Shown: piece by piece, positions 19,072-26,706 of the stretch | How positions within the stretch are numbered: position 1 is the first letter of the stretch | Layout: each line of letters begins with the position of its first letter | DNA from: an uncultured Methanosarcinales archaeon | Lineage (GTDB): Archaea > Nanobdellota > Nanobdellia > Woesearchaeales > CAYPCY01 | Assembly: GCA_964409385.1 (NCBI GenBank) | Contig: CAYPCY010000002.1 | Location: forward strand, 10,608 to 74,607 | Reading direction: 5' to 3' | DNA: 64,000 bases | Notes under the pieces: generated by a model | The model's input: only the letters and a program-made list of their open reading frames with translations | Database searches by the model: none | Told to the model about the DNA's origin: nothing | Translations under genes and position numbers: made by a program

Positions 19072-19705
19072 ATTTTTGGCTGGAATGTTAGTGTTGGCGA
19101 TGGTGGTTTCGTTAGGTAGTACTATTATGATTTTGGGAAAGTTTAATGCTTTTTTTACTCCTACTGGTTTGGCAACTTCTAATAATACTGGGACTACTCA
19201 GTTGGAAGTTTCTAGTTTGACTTCTATTTCTATGGTTACTTCTAGTATTAATTTTGGTAGTGGTTATGCGAATGCTTCTACTGGTACTAATTGTACTATG
19301 AATACTGTTGAGGGTGGTTTTGAGAGTGATGCTGGTTCTTGTGTTGATTTTACTAATTTAAGTGGTAATTCTGGTTTTGAATTGAGAAATGATGGTAATA
19401 ATGGTGTTTCTTTGAATGTTAGTGTTGATACTAATGCTACTGATATGATTGGTGGTACTAGTCCTTTATTCCAGTTTAAGTTTGCTAATAAAGAATTAAC
19501 TAGTTGTACTGGTGGTGCTGCGTATATTTCTTGGGAGAGTATTACTAAAAATGCACAGTATAGACTTTGTCCTACGGGTAATTTTACGTATTCTGATGCT
19601 TCTGATCAGGTTTATTTACAGATTAGGGTTTTAATCCCTACTGATGCTGCTTCTGCTGGTACGAAGACTGCTAATTTTACTTTTGTTGCTGATGATACTA
19701 ATTAA
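19058..19705 (+). CDS. Secreted beta-rich protein with many N-glycosylation sequons, possible fibre subunit
   Basis: N-terminal TM, TGLAT motif, SINFG, LRNDGN, C-terminal ANFTFVA strand; many NxS/T. Confidence 0.7.
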   Translation: MVSNKFLAGMLVLAMVVSLGSTIMILGKFNAFFTPTGLATSNNTGTTQLEVSSLTSISMVTSSINFGSGYANASTGTNCTMNTVEGGFESDAGSCVDFTNLSGNSGFELRNDGNNGVSLNVSVDTNATDMIGGTSPLFQFKFANKELTSCTGGAAYISWESITKNAQYRLCPTGNFTYSDASDQVYLQIRVLIPTDAASAGTKTANFTFVADDTN

Positions 19706-19742
19706 GGTAAATTTTATATAGTAAATTATTCAATTGTGTTTT

Positions 19743-20927
19743 ATGAATAAACTTATCCTTTTTTTACTGTTTTTTATTGTGTGTTTGTTTTCGGTTAGTG
19801 CTATTAGTATTGGGACTTATCCTTTGGCGGATAGGACTATTGTTTTTCAGCCTGGTTTGGAGAAAACTTTTACTTTTGAGGTTTTTGGGGCTGAGAGTAT
19901 TGAAGCGATTTTTTCTCCTGCTATGTTTGAGGATTATATTACTTTGGATGATCCTAATCCTAACGGGGGTAGGAGAGAATTAACTGTTAATATTGCTTTT
20001 CCTGATGAGATTCCTGTTGAGACGGGTAGGCATGTTGTTTATGTGGGTGGTTTGGATGTGTCTAACCAGGATGGTTCTGGTATGGTTGCTAGGACTGCTG
20101 TTAAGACTGGTATTGTTATTCTTGTTTTGAGTCAGGATCAGGATTTGAAGGGTTCTTTTGTTGTTGAGGATGTTAATTTAGGGAAGGACTCTAATTATTC
20201 TTTAGAATTGACTAGTTGGTCTTATTTGGATATTACTGCAGATGTTAAATTTCAATTTTTTGACTCTTTAGGTGATGAAGTTTTGTCTTTTGGCGAGGAA
20301 TCTTTCATTCCTGCTACTAAGGTAATAAATTTAAGAAACACGATAGAGACTTCTTCTTGGGATCCTGGTAATTATTATGCTAAAGCAATTGTTGGTTTTG
20401 ATAAAACTTTGGAGTTTGCTGATGAGTTTGTTATTGGAGAGCTTGGTTTTAATCTTTTGTTGACTAATGCTTCTTTGTTTGCTGGTGAGGTTGGTAAGGT
20501 TAGTTTTGAGTTGGGGAGTTCTTGGACTTCTAATATGTATGATTTGTATGCTGTTCTTTCCTTAAATAATGAGGAGTTTAGGTCTGCTAATTTTAATTTT
20601 GTTCCTAGGGAGAATATAGATTTGGAGGTTTTTGTTGATATTAGTAATTTTGATACTGGTGTTTATCCTGCTAATTTAAAGATTTATCAGGATGGTTTGA
20701 TTAGTGAGTTTGATTTTGAACTTGAAGTTTTGCAACCTGTTGAGATTAATTTTCCTAAGGATATTAGTTTAGTTGCTATTATTATATTCTTGTTGATCTT
20801 AATAATTGTTAATTTGAGAAAGCCGAATCTTGAAGATTTTATTAAAGAAAAGAAGAAGAAGGGATTGAACAAAAAACAGATTAAGAAGGAATTAATTAGG
20901 AAGGGATTGTATAAACCAAAAAAATGA
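19743..20927 (+). CDS. Secreted multi-Ig-like protein with C-terminal membrane anchor
   Basis: Signal peptide (SVSA/), PG.Y and TG.Y Ig motifs, C-terminal TM and basic tail. Confidence 0.7.
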   Translation: MNKLILFLLFFIVCLFSVSAISIGTYPLADRTIVFQPGLEKTFTFEVFGAESIEAIFSPAMFEDYITLDDPNPNGGRRELTVNIAFPDEIPVETGRHVVYVGGLDVSNQDGSGMVARTAVKTGIVILVLSQDQDLKGSFVVEDVNLGKDSNYSLELTSWSYLDITADVKFQFFDSLGDEVLSFGEESFIPATKVINLRNTIETSSWDPGNYYAKAIVGFDKTLEFADEFVIGELGFNLLLTNASLFAGEVGKVSFELGSSWTSNMYDLYAVLSLNNEEFRSANFNFVPRENIDLEVFVDISNFDTGVYPANLKIYQDGLISEFDFELEVLQPVEINFPKDISLVAIIIFLLILIIVNLRKPNLEDFIKEKKKKGLNKKQIKKELIRKGLYKPKK

Positions 20928-21325
20928 ATTCTAAGAAGTTTTTTTTACTTTTGGCAATTATTGTTCTTTTTTCAATTTCTTTGGTTTCTTTGTATTATAA
21001 TTTTTTCATTATTCTTAAGGTAGAGTCTGTTCCTGTTTTTCTTAATTCGTCAGGTGATGGTGCTTCTTTTGATACTTCTAATGAGATGTTAAATTTTGCT
21101 TCTGTTCCTGTTGGTGCTACTGCTAGGAAAACGATTAATTTAACAAATTCTTATGGGTTTCCTGTTAGTGTGTTGATAAGGGTTGAAGGTTTGGTTGTTA
21201 AGTTTCTTGAATTTGAAAATAACTTCAGAATTGAAGATAATTCTAGTAAAGAAATAGAGATTATTGCCAGACCTACAGAAAGTGGCTTTTATGAAGGAGT
21301 TTTAATTGTTTATTTTAAACGATAA
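20924..21325 (+). CDS. Membrane-anchored single Ig-like domain protein
   Basis: N-terminal TM; LNFASVPVG...KTINLTN; GFYEG.L strand. Confidence 0.65.
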   Translation: MNSKKFFLLLAIIVLFSISLVSLYYNFFIILKVESVPVFLNSSGDGASFDTSNEMLNFASVPVGATARKTINLTNSYGFPVSVLIRVEGLVVKFLEFENNFRIEDNSSKEIEIIARPTESGFYEGVLIVYFKR

Positions 21326-21332
21326 ATTTATA
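21317..21332 (+). repeat. 16-bp direct repeat, left flank of MNT-HEPN cassette
   Basis: AAACGATAAATTTATA identical at 22371-22386. Confidence 0.85.
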
Positions 21333-21358
21333 AATAGGTTTTTACTTATATTAGTAAA

Positions 21359-21955
21359 ATGTTACTAAATAATAAGATTGAAATATTTGAAGAATTCTTA
21401 AAAGATTTCAGAGGATATATAACTGGGAGTTTTATTGCAAAAAAGAAAAAATTAAATCAAAAAACAACTTCGAACTTTTTGAAACAACTTGAGAAAGAAT
21501 CAATTTTAAAAAGCAAAACACAAGGAAAAAATAAATTATATTTCTTAAATCTAGATAATAAAGAAATAGTAAAAAATTTCATCATATCAGTAGAACATTT
21601 GAGAACTATAACTTTCTATAAACAAAATAATTTGATAAAAGAAATAGTAGAAAACATACAAAAGCATATTGTTGGAACTGCAATAATATTTGGTAGTTAT
21701 GCAAAAAATATTCAAAAAAAGGATTCTGATTTAGATATTTTAATAATTGGTAGGTGTGATGAAAAAGAAATCAGTAAAATTTCTAAAATGTATAATGTTG
21801 AGATTAGTTTAAAGATTTATTCCGAATTTGAAGGGGATATCTTAATTAAAGAAGTAATCAAAGATCATATACTAATAAAAAATACAGAAAATTTTATTGA
21901 AACTTTGCTAAATGGACAAAATAGAATGGTGTTTGAAAACAAAGAAGGGTATTGA
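21359..21955 (+). CDS. HTH plus minimal nucleotidyltransferase (MNT) antitoxin
   Basis: N-terminal wHTH; IIFGSYAK.....SDLDILIIG Pol-beta NTase motif. Confidence 0.9.
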   Translation: MLLNNKIEIFEEFLKDFRGYITGSFIAKKKKLNQKTTSNFLKQLEKESILKSKTQGKNKLYFLNLDNKEIVKNFIISVEHLRTITFYKQNNLIKEIVENIQKHIVGTAIIFGSYAKNIQKKDSDLDILIIGRCDEKEISKISKMYNVEISLKIYSEFEGDILIKEVIKDHILIKNTENFIETLLNGQNRMVFENKEGY

Positions 21956-22379
21956 ATTAGTAGAATCTAACAATAATTTGTCAAAGGCGTATTTGAAAAA
22001 AGCGGAGAATTCTTTGAGAGCCGCATCAGTTTTAAAAAATAATAAAGAATGGGAAATAACATCTTGTTATTATGCAATGTATTTTTCGCTTTATTCTATA
22101 TTAACAAAAATAGGAATAAAATGTGAGATTCATTCTTGCACAATTAGTTTTATGCAACATTTTCTTCATAAATACTTTTTGCCAGAAGATATTGATTTAA
22201 TTGAAAGATCTCAAAAAGCAAGAATTGATACGCAATATTATTCAGACAGGAATATTTCTGAAGAATTATATAAAAAAATAACAGATAATGCAGCATTGTT
22301 TTTGGTTAAGTGTAAAGAACTATTACATATTCTTGATGAAACATCAATTAATAATATTAGAAGAGAATTCAAACGATAA
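21912..22379 (+). CDS. HEPN domain protein (MNT-HEPN toxin-antitoxin)
   Basis: YLKKAE..L..A, CYYAMY, HSCTI, ARIDTQYY motif; overlaps MNT gene. Confidence 0.88.
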   Translation: MDKIEWCLKTKKGIELVESNNNLSKAYLKKAENSLRAASVLKNNKEWEITSCYYAMYFSLYSILTKIGIKCEIHSCTISFMQHFLHKYFLPEDIDLIERSQKARIDTQYYSDRNISEELYKKITDNAALFLVKCKELLHILDETSINNIRREFKR

Positions 22380-22386
22380 ATTTATA
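22371..22386 (+). repeat. 16-bp direct repeat, right flank of MNT-HEPN cassette
   Basis: AAACGATAAATTTATA identical at 21317-21332. Confidence 0.85.
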
Positions 22387-22412
22387 TATTCTAAGCACAA
22401 AGATATATCACA

Positions 22413-22433
22413 ATGATACTAAAACAGTATCAT
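22413..22433. promoter_or_regulatory. Perfect inverted repeat, probable RHH operator
   Basis: ATGATACT-aaaac-AGTATCAT between TATA (22381) and RHH start. Confidence 0.6.
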
Positions 22434-22441
22434 AATGTTAT

Positions 22442-22606
22442 ATGGAGAAAAACCTTATACACATTCGTGTAGGAAAGAAATTAAGAGAAGAAATAGAGTC
22501 ATTAGTAGAAGAAGGAATATTTTCTAACCAATCCGAAATTGCAAGAGAAGCAATCAGGGAATTAATAATAAAATATAAGAGATTAAAAGATGAAGATAAG
22601 AAATGA
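22442..22606 (+). CDS. Ribbon-helix-helix (CopG/Arc/MetJ) transcription regulator, 54 aa, absent from ORF track
   Basis: MEKNLIHIRVGKKLREEIESLVEEGIFSNQSEIAREAIRELI: beta-strand, helix, G.F.N.SE..REAIR pattern. Confidence 0.88.
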   Translation: MEKNLIHIRVGKKLREEIESLVEEGIFSNQSEIAREAIRELIIKYKRLKDEDKK

Positions 22607-25166
22607 AGTTACACTAATAGGAATTTGTATTTGGATCCTAATAATTATAGCTTCAAACACAATAATTTACAATTCATTCACAGAACAAACAATACAAACT
22701 ACAGGTCAAGCATTAGCCACGGAAGGAACTCTACAATTATGTATAGGCGCCTCAACATTTGATATAACCTTCACTCCAGGATATTACGAAACAGTAAGTA
22801 ATATAACAAATATTACTGCAAAAATAATTTCTCCAGTAGGATCACAAGATATTACTAAAGTAAAATTCTACTACGGAACTTCCACAAATATTCTTCTCGG
22901 AACAGACACTGACAATTCTGATGAGAACTTCACAATCTCATGGAATACTACTCAATATAATGATTCAAATGTTAATTCAACAATATTCATAGAAATTAAT
23001 GCCTCCTGCACTAGTTTAACAAACCTATCAAGAAAATTCACTATAGATAATACACAAATATCTCCAAGATGGAATAATTGGGATAATGGAATAACTACTA
23101 ACTTCTCCAATTACAACAACTGGACCAATATTGTTAATGCCACAATAGGAAATTCTTATGGAAAAGTAGTATTCACAGAATTAAATCTTGACGATGCAGA
23201 TATTAATTCTAATATCAACATAAGTTATAATTTCATATCTATAAATTCAACTTCAATGCTTGGATTTAACAGATCTGCCACTGTTTACATTCATAATCTT
23301 GAATTTCCTCAAGTATCTGCCCAGTATATTAGAATATTCAAGGAAGATGCCCAATGTTCCAATTGTGAATTATTAAGTTTCATTAATGGAAATGCAACTT
23401 TTACAGTAGAAGAATTTTCAAAATATACTTTAGTACCTTGGCTTTTCGAACTAGTTGTTTCTGACGAGACAGACAATGGAATAAAATATACTAATGAGAA
23501 TATTAAGATAAACGCTAGTTATAGACATACAGATACTGGAAGTCCAGTTGGAAAATCAAGTTGTTATGTTAATTTCCAAAACTTAACAACAGGAAATTAT
23601 ACAATTACAGATTCTATGACTAATAATGTGAGTGAATCTAACTGGATTTATTACAAAAATTATTCACAACCAGGAACTTACAATTACTCCGTAAACTGTT
23701 CCAGTATTATTGCAGACACTCCAGACTTAGAAAAATATGATTCGTTAATAATAACTAATAGACCACCCGCATTAATAGCACCCCTACCAAATAATGTAAC
23801 TTGGAATGAAGATACTACAACAAGCCCTTTCAACCTTAAGGACTACTTCCAAGACCCTGAAAATCAAACAATAACCTTCTTCACTTCACAAGTAGAAAAT
23901 GTTCTTGTTTTCGTAAGTTCGGAAGGGTTAGTATCATTAACTCCAAAGACTGACTGGTACGGAACAGAAAATGTTACTTTCTATGCTCAAGATACTTATG
24001 ATGAAATGACACCAAGCAATAATGTGACATTAATAGTTATTGATGTTTCAGAACCTCCAACAACTACAACAACATCAGGAGGTGGTGGTGGAGCAGCTAC
24101 ACAAGTAATTGAATATTGTGATGAAAATTGGGAATGTAATACTTGGGATTCTTGCATATATACAGGAATACAAACAAGGACTTGTAATGAATTAAATAAT
24201 TGTAATTCTTCACAATACGCTCCAACAAATGTAAGATCTTGCGATTATACCCCAACATGCAATGATAATTTAAGAAATTGTCATTATTCAAATGGAGACT
24301 TGATTTGTGAAGAGGGAGTTGATTGTGGAGGTCCTTGCGGAGCTTGTCCTACTTGTAATGATGAAATACTTAATCAAGGAGAAGAATTAACAGATTGTGG
24401 AGGTCCTTGTAACGCTTGTCCTGAAGAATTAATTCCAAGACTAGTTGTAGAAGAGAAACCTACAGAGATAAAACCAGTAAAGAAAATTCCTGAATTTATT
24501 ATTTGGATAATAATTGCATTAATATCATTGCCAATACTAATATTTTCAGTAGTAAAAGCATATCCTAGAGTTAAATATTGGATTGAAGATACTTCATTAA
24601 GTTTACAAAGTTTTGGCCACTTGAAAGAGAATGAATACTTGAACGCTATAGATTCATTAAAAGACTTAGAAAAATTAATAGGAAAAATTCCTGAAGAAAA
24701 ACTTATTGAACAATTTGATAAGATAATTAGGAGAATATTCAGTCATGCTTTCAATATTGATTATTCTTTCAGTCTTGATGATATTACAAAATGGGAAGAT
24801 AAGAAGAATATTAAGGGAAGCTTCAAGGTTTTAATAAATTCATTTTCTAAAAAGTTTGCCTTGTTAAAGTATGGAGGAAAGAAAATTGAAAATCAAGAAT
24901 TTAAACTTTTAATAAGGGATGCTAAGAGAATTATAATAAGATTGGGAGGAACAACAACTGAAGAAAAAGGTTCTAAACTTTCAAGAAAATTCCATGATAA
25001 ACTTCAAGAATTTAGAAAACAAGTTAAAACACATCCTGACAAGGCATTTGAAACTTATGAAAAGCTTGAAAGAATATATAAGAACTTAAAAGGTAAGGAA
25101 AAAGAACATGCTTACTTACAATTAAGTGCGGCATATTCAAGACTAAAATCTGCTTTAAGAAGATAA
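22590..25166 (+). CDS. Large surface glycoprotein: Ig/cadherin-like domains, Thr/Gly linker, Cys-rich repeats, TM, helical cytoplasmic tail
   Basis: N-terminal TM plus TGQA; NRPP..WNED..DYFQDPE; TTTTTSGGGGG; DCGGPC x2; TM near aa 635-655. Confidence 0.8.
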   Translation: MKIRNEVTLIGICIWILIIIASNTIIYNSFTEQTIQTTGQALATEGTLQLCIGASTFDITFTPGYYETVSNITNITAKIISPVGSQDITKVKFYYGTSTNILLGTDTDNSDENFTISWNTTQYNDSNVNSTIFIEINASCTSLTNLSRKFTIDNTQISPRWNNWDNGITTNFSNYNNWTNIVNATIGNSYGKVVFTELNLDDADINSNINISYNFISINSTSMLGFNRSATVYIHNLEFPQVSAQYIRIFKEDAQCSNCELLSFINGNATFTVEEFSKYTLVPWLFELVVSDETDNGIKYTNENIKINASYRHTDTGSPVGKSSCYVNFQNLTTGNYTITDSMTNNVSESNWIYYKNYSQPGTYNYSVNCSSIIADTPDLEKYDSLIITNRPPALIAPLPNNVTWNEDTTTSPFNLKDYFQDPENQTITFFTSQVENVLVFVSSEGLVSLTPKTDWYGTENVTFYAQDTYDEMTPSNNVTLIVIDVSEPPTTTTTSGGGGGAATQVIEYCDENWECNTWDSCIYTGIQTRTCNELNNCNSSQYAPTNVRSCDYTPTCNDNLRNCHYSNGDLICEEGVDCGGPCGACPTCNDEILNQGEELTDCGGPCNACPEELIPRLVVEEKPTEIKPVKKIPEFIIWIIIALISLPILIFSVVKAYPRVKYWIEDTSLSLQSFGHLKENEYLNAIDSLKDLEKLIGKIPEEKLIEQFDKIIRRIFSHAFNIDYSFSLDDITKWEDKKNIKGSFKVLINSFSKKFALLKYGGKKIENQEFKLLIRDAKRIIIRLGGTTTEEKGSKLSRKFHDKLQEFRKQVKTHPDKAFETYEKLERIYKNLKGKEKEHAYLQLSAAYSRLKSALRR

Positions 25167-25769
25167 TTTCTTTTTCTTTTTAACACTATCATGAGTTTTT
25201 TTAATATCCCTGTATGCTTTCATAACTATAGGATATGCTATCCTCTTATCAAACTCTCTTAAACGATCATATTTCTTATGAAGATCAACATATAATTCTT
25301 TAGCCTTATCCAAGCTCTTCTCTTCTGCAGATAATAAGCTCTTAATCAATGATAAAGTAATTTTCATTTCTAAAATTTCAGTTTTAACAACAATCCTCCT
25401 GCTAACCTTCCTGATATTCTTCTTAATCAAACCACCAATTGTTGTTTTCCTTCTAGGAGATAATGAATTAGTTAAATCCAAAAATTCTTTTCTTAAACTA
25501 ACGAATTTCTCTTCCTTCCCCGCATATTCAACAAGATTTAATTTTTTAATGAACAAATCAATCCTTCTCTTCTGATCAGGGGTTAGCATTTTCTTAGTTT
25601 CTAATTCTTCTCCTAACTCTTCATAAGTAAATTGATAATTTAAACCGAAGTATTTAGAGAACAATCTTTTAGATATTCTCACAAGGTCATTAATAGTCTT
25701 TGCCTTTCTAGCTTGTAATATTGCATTCTGCCTAGATTCTTCCCTGTCTAAAGCTAAAGATTGTGCCAT
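25155..25769 (-). CDS. Hypothetical cytoplasmic protein, paralog of the tail of 22590-25166
   Basis: FSKYFGLNYQFTYEEL versus FSHAFNIDYSFSLDDI; DKAKELY..L...Y..L versus DKAFETY..L...Y..L. Confidence 0.7.
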   Translation of the reverse strand: MAQSLALDREESRQNAILQARKAKTINDLVRISKRLFSKYFGLNYQFTYEELGEELETKKMLTPDQKRRIDLFIKKLNLVEYAGKEEKFVSLRKEFLDLTNSLSPRRKTTIGGLIKKNIRKVSRRIVVKTEILEMKITLSLIKSLLSAEEKSLDKAKELYVDLHKKYDRLREFDKRIAYPIVMKAYRDIKKTHDSVKKKKKLSS

Positions 25770-25822
25770 GTACTAACTTGTTGAAATAAGCTATTTAAAT
25801 TTTGTTAAAATTTCAAAAAAAG

Positions 25823-25885
25823 TTTTATATAATTAAAAAATTAAAGATTTTTTAAATTCAAAATTTGCAGAACAAATTTTATATA
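25823..25885 (+). repeat. Dispersed double-TATA element, copy 2
   Basis: Near-identical to 5602-5665. Confidence 0.85.
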
Positions 25886-25908
25886 GTTGAACTTTAACTT
25901 TTTACTGT

Positions 25909-26676
25909 ATGAATGTTCAACAATTAACTAAAGAATTAGATAAGTTAAGAGATGAAGTTTCAAAAATAGTTATTGGAAGAAAAAAATCTATTAATGCATT
26001 ATTAAGAACAATAATTTGTAAATCTAAAGTTTTAGTGGAAGGTCCTCCAGGTTCTGGGAAGTCTTTAATGATAAAAACATTAATTAATTTAACACCTAAA
26101 GAAGATAAACAAAGGTTTATAGAAAATATTAATCTTTCAAATAAAGACTTATTAAAAAAAGATTTAATTCTATTCGCAACACAATACAAAATTCCTGGAG
26201 AAGAATTAAAACATCATGAGTTAGACTTGTTTATGTTTTTAATTAAGATTCAAGACTTAACATTTCAAGATGAATTAAATGTGTTAGATAAAAAACATCA
26301 AGAAACTAAAAAAAGTATGATAAAGAAGTCATTAAATGAAATACAAAAGTCTCTAAATAAAGTTTTTGCTGATGAAAAAATCAAGGAGTATATAATAAGA
26401 ATTGTAGATTCTACAAGAAACCCAAAAAAATATAATTTAACAAATTCCAGATTCATAAATCAAGGATCTTCAACAAGAGGTTCTATATTTCTATACAAGG
26501 CAGCAAAGGCGGAAGCATTACTTCAAGGAAGAAATTATGTTATTCCTTCAGATGTTAAGACAGTATCCCCTGATATTCTTAGGCATAGAATTCAATTAAA
26601 TTATGAAGGAAATCTAGAAAGCATAACTACAGATTCAATAATTGAAGAAATTCTGAAAAAAGTTCCGATCCCATAG
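25909..26676 (+). CDS. Internally deleted MoxR-like AAA+ protein (probably inactive)
   Basis: Walker A EGPPGSGKS and MoxR lid (GSSTRG, AKAEALLQGRNYVIPSDV, LRHRI) present; Walker B DEINR region missing. Confidence 0.75.
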   Translation: MNVQQLTKELDKLRDEVSKIVIGRKKSINALLRTIICKSKVLVEGPPGSGKSLMIKTLINLTPKEDKQRFIENINLSNKDLLKKDLILFATQYKIPGEELKHHELDLFMFLIKIQDLTFQDELNVLDKKHQETKKSMIKKSLNEIQKSLNKVFADEKIKEYIIRIVDSTRNPKKYNLTNSRFINQGSSTRGSIFLYKAAKAEALLQGRNYVIPSDVKTVSPDILRHRIQLNYEGNLESITTDSIIEEILKKVPIP

Positions 26677-26706
26677 TTATTTAAAACACCAAACCATACA
26701 TCAAAT

